A stretch of DNA of 64,000 nucleotides, taken from contig DCGY01000021.1 in NCBI GenBank assembly GCA_002314715.1, positions 10,458 to 74,457 on the forward strand, given 5' to 3'. The DNA is from Lachnospiraceae bacterium UBA1766 (GTDB lineage Bacteria > Bacillota > Clostridia > Lachnospirales > Lachnospiraceae). Made by a program: the position numbers and the translations under genes. The stretch's first letter is position 1. Each line of letters starts with the position of its first letter. Of this stretch, positions 56,108 to 64,000 are shown in pieces. A model generated the notes under the pieces. That model had not been told where the DNA came from, did not search any database, and worked only from the letters and a program-made list of their open reading frames with translations.

Positions 56108-58768
56108 CTAATAACCACGAATCACACTGTATCCAAGTGTTCTGTTTTCCAATGCCTGAATAGTAGCCTCTGTTTCATTCGACAAAAATCTTTCAGCCAT
56201 ATAATCCGGAACAATTACGAAATCAGATTTTACTTTACAGGTAGACTTTACAGCGGTAACGGCATTTGTCATTTTGAAGTTTAGCTTCGACATGGTCTTT
56301 CCGCTTTCCGTCTTGGCCTGATTCATATTTAGCGTAATCAAATCCGCTGTTCGATCCATCAAGGTGGAATTGCTTCCTGCCAGGAGCATGAAAATCAGGA
56401 TGAAATGCTCATAATTCATCTTGAGTTTTCCTTCTCCGTCTCCATCTCCCAAATCTTTTCCGATTAAACTTTCCAGCTTTTCTTTGATGCCCTCACCCAG
56501 ATCCATAACAGAGGATTTTAAAACCACTACATTTCCACGCATTTTTAAGGTAGTCCAGTCAACCAGAGTCATCATTGCAGCTGCAGCCAGTCTTAACGCT
56601 CCGGAAATCAACACATAGGTAACCGGTGCAAAAGGACCGGTAAGTGCGGATAAGGATTCCGCAACCGCATTGATCGCTTCGTTAATGGCGGATATACGGA
56701 AGGTAGCAATAAAGTTCGCTCCGGTTAAAATACCGCAAATCAAATTTCTTACATACGCCAAATTGTCAGAAGATTTGTCTTTTCCGGCTACCAGATATTC
56801 CATCTCTGCCTTGTAAAGATAATTTACATCACGACATTTTTCGATACGGGTTAAGGTATATTCCTTATATTCTCCCTTATTAACCTCTGTGGATGGTGTG
56901 GATTCGCTTTCGGAAGAAGCTTCTCCGTCTTTTTTGCTGTCATCCGGCGGCTGAATTCCCGTTACGCGGGAGGTAAACATTTCAAAGTTATAATCTACCA
57001 CCATGAATCTGGCCATGGCCTGAGTACCCATACTCTTCAGGGAATCAAAGGATAAACCGGAGCTCATGTAATCGGTGAAGCCCTTTAACTCTTTCTCCGA
57101 GCTGGTGGCAACCTCCAATTCCGAAGCGAAGGGCGTAATATCACGAAGACCCATGTTTTTTTCTTCGTCTTCGTTCTTTTTCATTTCCGCTTCTGATTCT
57201 TCTTTGGATTTTTTGGCCTCATCCTTCTTGGCATCCGCCTTCTTTTTTCCATCGGAGGTAGAAGATTCATTAAACAGGTTATCCAGCAAATCGTAGAAGT
57301 TAACCGCCTGCTCATAACCACTTTCCGTTTTCAAAGTATACTTATTGTTACCATTGATTTTCTCAAAAAAGCTCTTCCACTGAAGGCTTAAATTACTGTT
57401 TGAAACACTATCAATGCTTCCGGGCTGTAATTGGCCCTTCTTCATGGATTCCACATAACCGTTAATGGTATCGGTATGGGTTTTAATACTTTCTTTGTTA
57501 TCTTTATTTTTCTGTATATCATGATTCTGGGTTTCCATGTAATCATACATGGCCATGAAGTCATCACGTGCTGCATCAATCTCTCTCAGTCTGGTGATTT
57601 CATCCAGCATTCTTTGCTTCATTTCAGCATCATCTACTTCATTAATACTGTTTTCATATTCCGTCAGCTTGGTGTGAAAATCCTTAAATTCCTTGTCCAC
57701 CTTTTCCGCTTTTGTCTTTAAATCATTGAGTTTACTTTCCGCATTGGTAATATCAATTTTCTTTCCGGTAGTGGTAGCATTGCTGGTAGCCGCTTTTTTT
57801 AAATCGGTAAAAGAACCCGGAATGGAATTTCCGTAGTTGGCGATATTGTTATCTGCCAAATACCAATCCACATAATCCTGCTGCTTTTCTGTCAGTTCAT
57901 TTAGTTCTTCCTTTTCTTCGTCCTTCTTTTTCTTTTCATTTCGTTTCTTGATTTCTTCGTTCTCTCGGTATAATCTTAAGGCTTCCTCATAAGCCTCCTT
58001 ATTTTGGGTAATATCCCAGAAGTGGGTATATTTCTCCTCTTTGGACTTCGCCTTTACCGCATCCACATAAGCCTTGTACGCTTGTTCTCTTTCCTTGATG
58101 AATTCCGGATACTCCTTAATATCTCTCAGAACATAATAATAGTTCTGAATTGCCTCCATCAGGTCTTCACATTTATCCGTTAATGCCTTACGCTGATCTG
58201 CACACTTATTCTCATCTTCCGTATCTTCAAAACCGCTTAAATTCTCCAAAATATCCAGATGATTTAACAAAGACTGCACAATACGATACTGCATGAACTT
58301 ACTGATCTGTGTCATCAAAACATTGGGATTGCTAAGGGTAGCGCCATCAACTGCTTCTGTTTCAAATTCCACCTCGATATTGGCATAAGGCATAAACTGT
58401 CTTGCGGTGGGTGCTGCGGTGAAAAGACCACCACTAATTATTTTCTGACCCTTATCATCGCCCACGGGGTTAAAGCTTAAAGTGGAACCGGTAGCCAACT
58501 CGGAGGCAATCGTCGCCAGGGTATCTTCCTGGGTCACTGCGTACAATCCATAGATATCCTTCAAAACATTGTCATAGGCCGTCAACACCGCTTCCGCCTG
58601 GGCATCACTGGCCATTGCAGCCTGCGAACTGTACATTTGCATACGGGATACATCTACAAGTGTACCGGTAATCACAACAATCGGAATCATCAGCATGCAT
58701 ACCATTACCGTAATAATACCTCTGCCATCCGCTCTTTTTTTCAACAAACTTTTCATAAACTTCTTCAT
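56108..58768 (-). CDS. Large TadG-like minor pilin with coiled-coil core and DUF5702-like C-terminus
   Basis: GRG|IITVMV..VDVSR..YD..L.DIYGLYA; long Lys/Glu helical region; EMEYLVAG..DNL, YEHF..FML, R..DLI.LNM. Confidence 0.78.
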   Translation of the reverse strand: MKKFMKSLLKKRADGRGIITVMVCMLMIPIVVITGTLVDVSRMQMYSSQAAMASDAQAEAVLTAYDNVLKDIYGLYAVTQEDTLATIASELATGSTLSFNPVGDDKGQKIISGGLFTAAPTARQFMPYANIEVEFETEAVDGATLSNPNVLMTQISKFMQYRIVQSLLNHLDILENLSGFEDTEDENKCADQRKALTDKCEDLMEAIQNYYYVLRDIKEYPEFIKEREQAYKAYVDAVKAKSKEEKYTHFWDITQNKEAYEEALRLYRENEEIKKRNEKKKKDEEKEELNELTEKQQDYVDWYLADNNIANYGNSIPGSFTDLKKAATSNATTTGKKIDITNAESKLNDLKTKAEKVDKEFKDFHTKLTEYENSINEVDDAEMKQRMLDEITRLREIDAARDDFMAMYDYMETQNHDIQKNKDNKESIKTHTDTINGYVESMKKGQLQPGSIDSVSNSNLSLQWKSFFEKINGNNKYTLKTESGYEQAVNFYDLLDNLFNESSTSDGKKKADAKKDEAKKSKEESEAEMKKNEDEEKNMGLRDITPFASELEVATSSEKELKGFTDYMSSGLSFDSLKSMGTQAMARFMVVDYNFEMFTSRVTGIQPPDDSKKDGEASSESESTPSTEVNKGEYKEYTLTRIEKCRDVNYLYKAEMEYLVAGKDKSSDNLAYVRNLICGILTGANFIATFRISAINEAINAVAESLSALTGPFAPVTYVLISGALRLAAAAMMTLVDWTTLKMRGNVVVLKSSVMDLGEGIKEKLESLIGKDLGDGDGEGKLKMNYEHFILIFMLLAGSNSTLMDRTADLITLNMNQAKTESGKTMSKLNFKMTNAVTAVKSTCKVKSDFVIVPDYMAERFLSNETEATIQALENRTLGYSVIRGY

Positions 58769-59461
58769 TTATTCGCCCTCTGCTTTCAGACCCAATGTAC
58801 TTGTAATCTTTCCATATACCTCGCTGACCTTATCCTTAAATTTCAACGCAAAATCAGCAAGCTTTGTGTCCGATACCAGATCAATTGCGAAATCAATATT
58901 TCGCATGGTTTGGTCATGATCCACGACAGCAACCTTGGCATTCGCCCAAATCTGATAGGTATTTTTTTCGATTCCAATGAAACTGAAATCCAAAGGCAAC
59001 TCAACGGTCTGAACCGCAGTAGCCTCAAATTTATCGGAAAGGATACCGTTTTTGTAGTATACCTTAATTTCCAAATTATCACTAAACAACATATGTCCTG
59101 CAACGGAATTAAAATATTTTTGAAAGGCCTCCTGATTATTCAAATTCTGAGAGTCCCCAAACTTTCCGCCGTAGGGATTAATCACTTCATCGGCGCTGTA
59201 GGAATTACCGGCACCGATTTTACTGCTATCTGCCGTACTGAAGGTTACTTCCCCTCCATCATTTCTCTTTACATAATCATCTGTTACACAATTCTTGTAA
59301 TACACCACGCAGGTCTCAAGTGCAGACTGCAGGTTCGCCTTTTGGAACATAAACAGGGACAGATACAACAAAAGACACACGCTAAGAATGGCCAACGGTA
59401 AAATAAAAGTGGCTTCAACTTCTACAGATCCTTGTTCCTTTCTCAAATGATTGTCTCTCAT
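58769..59461 (-). CDS. TadE/TadF-like minor pilin
   Basis: KEQG|SVEVEATFILPL followed by a hydrophobic helix. Confidence 0.85.
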   Translation of the reverse strand: MRDNHLRKEQGSVEVEATFILPLAILSVCLLLYLSLFMFQKANLQSALETCVVYYKNCVTDDYVKRNDGGEVTFSTADSSKIGAGNSYSADEVINPYGGKFGDSQNLNNQEAFQKYFNSVAGHMLFSDNLEIKVYYKNGILSDKFEATAVQTVELPLDFSFIGIEKNTYQIWANAKVAVVDHDQTMRNIDFAIDLVSDTKLADFALKFKDKVSEVYGKITSTLGLKAEGE

Positions 59462-59565
59462 TGCATCTATCCTCCAATTTATGTAATCAACTACTGAAAG
59501 CAGACTTTCGCAATCCGCTTTGCTTCTTGCTCATGAGCACAAGCTACTTTGTAATTTGCGTTCAA

Positions 59566-59820
59566 TTATAATTCTTTGTCACTCTTGGTCTTTACTTCGG
59601 TACCGAAAATGGTATCCATAATTCCGTTTAACCACTCGCTCAAACGATTCCAGAATACACCGATAATCAATACAACGATTAAAAGAATGATGATGGTAGC
59701 TACTACGTTGGAAACGCCCTGCTCACCTGTGTAGAAATCCTTTACGCTCTGCTTTGCCTTCTCGATAGCGAGAGTGGTCTTAGTCTTTGCAGAAATAATC
59801 ATCTGATCTAACTTGCTCAT
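59566..59820 (-). CDS. flp: Flp-type major pilin
   Basis: 84 aa; long leader ..FYTGEQG|VSNVVATIIILLIVVLIIGVFW; strong GGAGGAGG RBS; follows tadC. Confidence 0.82.
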   Translation of the reverse strand: MSKLDQMIISAKTKTTLAIEKAKQSVKDFYTGEQGVSNVVATIIILLIVVLIIGVFWNRLSEWLNGIMDTIFGTEVKTKSDKEL

Positions 59821-59915
59821 TTTAAAATCCTCCTCCATAAAGTATGAATCTATTATTATCCTGCCTAAATACTGAAGCCAAATACAGCAGGAGAATAAAC
59901 AACAACACGGCCAAT

Positions 59916-61010
59916 CTAGAAATTAAATCCGGACATGGCGGGTACAATAATAACCACCAGAATTCCCACAAACATCAGCATGGTAGGAATAAACAGCTTG
60001 GTCTGAATGGTCTCACCCATTCGACGTGCGGAGTGTTTCTTTTCCAGCCAGCACTCTGCATTGATATTACGGAAATCCTGTGCCAAATTGGCATTACCGG
60101 AAGAGTAACTCTTGGCAATAACGGACACCATTTTATCTACATAACGGTTATCGCATCGACACTGCAAACGGTTAAATGCTGCAGATACGGTTGCAGACTG
60201 ATTAATTTCCTTGATAACCTTTCGAAGCTCCTGATACATCAAGGTATCGCCGCTGTTTGCAGCTTCGGTAATGGCATTGGTAAGGTTCATACCTGCTGTA
60301 ATCAAAAGCGCAACCTTGGAGATAACATTGGGGAAGTCCAAATCAACTGCTTCCTGTCTCTTCTTTGCCTTGGACTTCAGATTATCGTAAGGGATAAATC
60401 CTGCCAAAAGCGGGAGAATGAGTCCAATCGCGCCAAATACCACCAGCTGGAAGGTCTCCAATTTCATAGCTACCGCAACAGCACCCAGGGTACAAGCAAT
60501 AATCACACCCAAAACCGCAAATGAAATCAGGTTGGATAACAGGAACTTCGCATAAATCATAGAATTGGAAACGGTTCCGGTTTTCTGACCTTTCTCAATT
60601 TCGATGTAGCCGGTGTGTTCGCACTCTTTGCTCAGCTTACGAATCATATCGCTGTTGGCATCCAATTCTTTCTCTTTCATAATCTGATAACCAAACAGAG
60701 AAATAACATCCAAAACATCCAGCTTACGACCATTCATATACTTCGCCTCGGTAGCCGAATAAGCGGCAATCTGCTTGTCCCATTCCTTTACCTTCTTGGC
60801 TACGGTCTTTTCGCTGATTTCATGATACTTATTGTACTTAAATAAATATGCTTCCTTCTTCTCTTCCAGAGTCTGTCTGTCGAAACGACTGGTCCAACCT
60901 TTGGATAAAAGAATTTCGGCAATTGCCATATTATCGGCTTTTACCACCTTTGAAATGAAGAAAATACCAAGGGCAGTTGCAATACCCATTAATACGAATA
61001 CGATTAACAT
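59916..61010 (-). CDS. tadC: TadC (T2SSF-domain) pilus platform protein
   Basis: DFPNVISKVALLITAGM.L..AI, TKLFIPTMLMFVGIL..IIVPA. Confidence 0.88.
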   Translation of the reverse strand: MLIVFVLMGIATALGIFFISKVVKADNMAIAEILLSKGWTSRFDRQTLEEKKEAYLFKYNKYHEISEKTVAKKVKEWDKQIAAYSATEAKYMNGRKLDVLDVISLFGYQIMKEKELDANSDMIRKLSKECEHTGYIEIEKGQKTGTVSNSMIYAKFLLSNLISFAVLGVIIACTLGAVAVAMKLETFQLVVFGAIGLILPLLAGFIPYDNLKSKAKKRQEAVDLDFPNVISKVALLITAGMNLTNAITEAANSGDTLMYQELRKVIKEINQSATVSAAFNRLQCRCDNRYVDKMVSVIAKSYSSGNANLAQDFRNINAECWLEKKHSARRMGETIQTKLFIPTMLMFVGILVVIIVPAMSGFNF

Positions 61011-61023
61011 AACTGTCCCCTCC

Positions 61024-61809
61024 TTATACTTCGATTTCGGTTGCCTTCACGGCAATCACGTAAGATGCAAGTGTACATACAAGACCAAAGGTCGCTGCAC
61101 ATCTACCAACAAAGGTAGTAAATAAAGCACCCAAGAATGCGCTACCCATTGCTGACATAATGACAATCAATACCAAGGGTAATACCAGCATGGTATAAGC
61201 CTCGGACTTGGCAGAAGAAATGGTGGTTTCAATTTCCATGGTGATCTCCACCTTATCCTTGATAATGTCATGCGTCTGGGAAATAATGAAACCGAAATCA
61301 CTGGTTTTTCCTTCGATCGTAGCATAAATGGTAGCAAAACTGATGATATCATCGATTTCACTACGCTCTCCCAATTCCTTAAAGCCCTGCGTCATGGGAA
61401 TGGCTGCTGCCTGATAATCACTTACAATTAACTTAATCTCTCGTACGATATCCGCTTTGTCATTGTAAATGGATTCCAAGTCCGGGATGGCGTCCATAAT
61501 TGCATTTTCCATGGAACGTCCGGAACCACCACTGATGGAAATGGTGATAATTTCCAAAAATTCCTTAAACTGCAAACGGAGCTGTCCGCGGCGCTTCTTG
61601 GCTACAGACTTGGCATTATTCTTTTCCTGAAAGTAGCCTAACACCAAACCGCCGATTGCTGAAATAATCACGGAATGATAATAGATATAAAAGATAACCG
61701 CAATGGCAGCGGCAAACCCAATGTAGGACAGCACGTGCTGCGCCTTGGTCATGTTATCTTCATAATATTTAATTCTTACTTTTTCTCTGCTATCATTTGA
61801 GTGCGCCAT
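61024..61809 (-). CDS. tadB: TadB (T2SSF-domain) pilus platform protein
   Basis: QFKEFL..I..SI..G.SMENA, GERSEIDDI..F, EIET.IS..K.E..M..LP. Confidence 0.88.
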   Translation of the reverse strand: MAHSNDSREKVRIKYYEDNMTKAQHVLSYIGFAAAIAVIFYIYYHSVIISAIGGLVLGYFQEKNNAKSVAKKRRGQLRLQFKEFLEIITISISGGSGRSMENAIMDAIPDLESIYNDKADIVREIKLIVSDYQAAAIPMTQGFKELGERSEIDDIISFATIYATIEGKTSDFGFIISQTHDIIKDKVEITMEIETTISSAKSEAYTMLVLPLVLIVIMSAMGSAFLGALFTTFVGRCAATFGLVCTLASYVIAVKATEIEV

Positions 61810-63100
61810 CTTCGTCCTCCAAATAATCATAAATTCCGGCAAGAATAAACTTATCCTGGTTTAAAATCTTATTGTCTGTACGTGTCAATCGTCCTACTAC
61901 CTTACGAAGTGAGGTGTGCTCCTTATCCTCCACAAACTTGTAAATGGGATTGAGCAAAACACTGTTGGTTTCCTTGTCGTAGCCCACCACTTCGGAAATC
62001 TCCATACACTTACGGGAGAAATCACGCAGACGGGACAAATGCACGATATAGTCTACCGCAGTACCAATCTGCTGACGAATTGCCGGAAGGGGCAAATCCG
62101 CGCTACCGGTAAGTACCATGGTCTCCAGACGGCTGATCATACCTTCGGGAGAGTTGGCATGTCCGGTAGACAAGCTTCCGTCATGTCCGGTGTTCATGGC
62201 CTGCAACATATCCAGCGCTTCCTCACCACGAACCTCACCTACGATGATACGGTCAGGTCTCATACGCAGGGACGCCTTAATCAAATCACGAATGGTAATT
62301 TCGGTTGCTTCCTTGGAGTTTGCTTTCTTGGTCTCCATACGTACCAGGTTGGGTACATTTTTAATCTGCAACTCCGCAGAGTCCTCGATGGTGATTACAC
62401 GCTCATGAGGCGGAATAAAGTTTGACAATGCATTTAAGAAGGTGGTCTTACCACTACCGGTACCGCCTGCCACGAAAATGTTGTGACGGGAACGAACCGC
62501 TTTCTCCAAAAAGTCCGCAACCTCCGGGGTAATGGACTGATATTCCAAAAGCTTCTGAATGGTCATTGCCTGCTTGGGGAATCGACGAATGGTGACCGTT
62601 GCGCCGCTCAGTGCAACCGGCGGGAATACAACGTGTACACGGGAACCGTCCTCCAAACGGGCATCTACGATAGGATTACTGGAGTCTACGGTACGGTCCA
62701 TCTTACTTACGAATTTCTGTACAATACGCTTCAAATCCTCATCATCTTCGAAATGCTCTTCCAAACGCATCAGCTTACCGGCTTTTTCCACGAAAATCGT
62801 ATCAAATCCGTTAATCATAACTTCGGTGATATCCGGATCGGTAATAATTTTACCTAAGATACCCAAACCTTCCACGGATTCCAAAACCGTATATTTCAAA
62901 CTGCTTTTTTCACGGAAGGACAGCTTTTGGTAATAGTGATAGCGGTCAATATCATTCTGAGCGGACCACTGAATTCGCTCTGCAAGAAGCTCATTGATTA
63001 ACTGCTCAATTTCGTCATCGGTATACTCTCTGACACGGCTCTTTTCCTGGATGACCTGTTTTAGGGCAGTGACCTCTTCCATAAAATAATCTTTTTCCAT
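61793..63100 (-). CDS. tadA: TadA/CpaF pilus assembly ATPase
   Basis: DPDITEVMING, VDARLEDGSRV, GGTGSGKTT, TIEDSAEL, LRMRPDRIIVGEVRG, AMNTGHDGSLSTGHAN. Confidence 0.96.
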   Translation of the reverse strand: MEKDYFMEEVTALKQVIQEKSRVREYTDDEIEQLINELLAERIQWSAQNDIDRYHYYQKLSFREKSSLKYTVLESVEGLGILGKIITDPDITEVMINGFDTIFVEKAGKLMRLEEHFEDDEDLKRIVQKFVSKMDRTVDSSNPIVDARLEDGSRVHVVFPPVALSGATVTIRRFPKQAMTIQKLLEYQSITPEVADFLEKAVRSRHNIFVAGGTGSGKTTFLNALSNFIPPHERVITIEDSAELQIKNVPNLVRMETKKANSKEATEITIRDLIKASLRMRPDRIIVGEVRGEEALDMLQAMNTGHDGSLSTGHANSPEGMISRLETMVLTGSADLPLPAIRQQIGTAVDYIVHLSRLRDFSRKCMEISEVVGYDKETNSVLLNPIYKFVEDKEHTSLRKVVGRLTRTDNKILNQDKFILAGIYDYLEDEDGALK

Positions 63101-63117
63101 TGTCTACTCTCCACTCT

Positions 63118-63999
63118 TTAGAATAAACCATCCACAGCAACTTCATTATTGGTATTGATAACCTGTACCATATTGGTAATCGGTAAGTTACCGTAATTAT
63201 GTACAAAGCCCACACAAGGCGCTTCCAATTTCTGACTGAAACCAATATTGTTTTCGGCGAAATTGCATACGCGATACATCTTCTTTCCGTAGTCAATGAC
63301 AACCGACTGGTCCGCAAAGTATTCCATCTTCTGAATTTCCACTTCACCGGGCTTGTCCACGATTACAATGGAATCTGCCACTTCCATGGTCGCACTGACG
63401 ATATTATCCATAGCAGAGCTCAAATCCACTACGATTACATTGTAAGCACCAAGCTTTTTGATTGTCTCCAGGAAGGAAATCATGTCCTCCTTCTTAACCG
63501 CAAAATAATCTACATACTTGGTAAAGCCTTCGATGTAGTACATGCCCTGAAGTCCCTGCTTTGCAAGACCCTTTACCTTCAGCTCGAAGTTTACATTACG
63601 GTCCTCCATCGCCTCCAACAATGCGGTAAGACCCTCCTCCACGAAAGGATTTACCTGGTTGGTACTGCTAAGCTGTTCCGCATTTAAGAACAACGCCTGC
63701 TTTCCAAGATTTGCAGCCTTTGCCGCAATGGAAAGTCCGATGGTGGTTTTTCCGCAGCCGCCCAAAGGAGAATATACGGCAATAATCTTTGTATTCTGAG
63801 ACTGATCCAATCCAAAGGAAATGCCTGCTTTATCCGCAAACAGACGAACGATTTCCTTGTAGATGTTGCTGATTCTCTGATATTTGGAAATCTTGGCTGT
63901 ATCCAAATACATTCCCAAATTGCTACAGTCATCATGATAGAGACAAATGGGAAGCTTCGCCTCTGTAAATGCAATGCGACGATCACATAAATCCGCGTC
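63118..63999 (-). CDS. TadZ/CpaE-like MinD/ParA ATPase, 5'-truncated by window edge
   Basis: KYQRISNIYKEI, AVYSPLGGCGKTT. The frame stays open upstream of 63918 to the window end (DADLCDRRIAF...). Confidence 0.85.
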   Translation of the reverse strand, partial: DADLCDRRIAFTEAKLPICLYHDDCSNLGMYLDTAKISKYQRISNIYKEIVRLFADKAGISFGLDQSQNTKIIAVYSPLGGCGKTTIGLSIAAKAANLGKQALFLNAEQLSSTNQVNPFVEEGLTALLEAMEDRNVNFELKVKGLAKQGLQGMYYIEGFTKYVDYFAVKKEDMISFLETIKKLGAYNVIVVDLSSAMDNIVSATMEVADSIVIVDKPGEVEIQKMEYFADQSVVIDYGKKMYRVCNFAENNIGFSQKLEAPCVGFVHNYGNLPITNMVQVINTNNEVAVDGLF

Positions 64000-64000
64000 A

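Noticed and set aside
59461-59566. c-di-GMP riboswitch near flp
   Set aside because: Contains GCAAAGC and GAAA but lacks the ordered GEMM P1/P2 elements, and lies downstream of flp.
58637-60524. 254-aa and 226-aa plus-strand ORFs
   Set aside because: Antisense shadows of tad genes; composition mirrors the hydrophobic codons on the coding strand.
63684-63986. Apparent frameshift or split of tadZ suggested by overlapping ORFs
   Set aside because: The 63118..63918 frame is open to the window edge; the gene is simply truncated and 63684..63986 is an off-frame ORF.
1-64000. rRNA, tRNA, IS/transposase, integrase, prophage or defence systems
   Set aside because: No recognisable signatures. The GH25 genes are membrane-anchored and sit among rml genes, not with holin or phage genes.

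Overview
Gene-dense, mostly minus-strand bacterial chromosomal window. Gene content and sigmaA-type promoters suggest a gut/rumen Lachnospiraceae-like firmicute (inference). Left to right: (1) 1-7.8 kb, an orphan catabolic cluster with two LysR regulators, Liv-type ABC components, SDR, Old Yellow Enzyme, NAD epimerase and EamA transporter. Three of its promoters share one operator/-35 architecture and two have terminator-containing leaders with ANTAR-like hairpins. (2) Two convergent surface-anchored GH5 glycanases, clpX, htrA, a polysaccharide deacetylase and a CDF transporter under a NiCo (czcD) riboswitch. (3) A ~27 kb rhamnose-type surface glycan locus: GT2s, LCP, priming phosphoglycosyltransferase, pgm, wzm/wzt, a methyltransferase-kinase resembling a WbdD chain terminator, and rmlABC. 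It is interrupted by an HD-GYP plus Hpt-REC-GGDEF pair and contains an intact plus a catalytically degenerate GH25 paralogue. (4) A moxR-DUF58-transglutaminase-LRR operon. (5) A Tad/Flp pilus operon, truncated at the right edge, ending in WG-repeat, pseudokinase-like/FHA and PP2C genes and facing a stand-alone PilD N-terminal domain gene. No rRNA, tRNA, CRISPR array or mobile element was recognised. All calls come from motif reading only; no searches were run.
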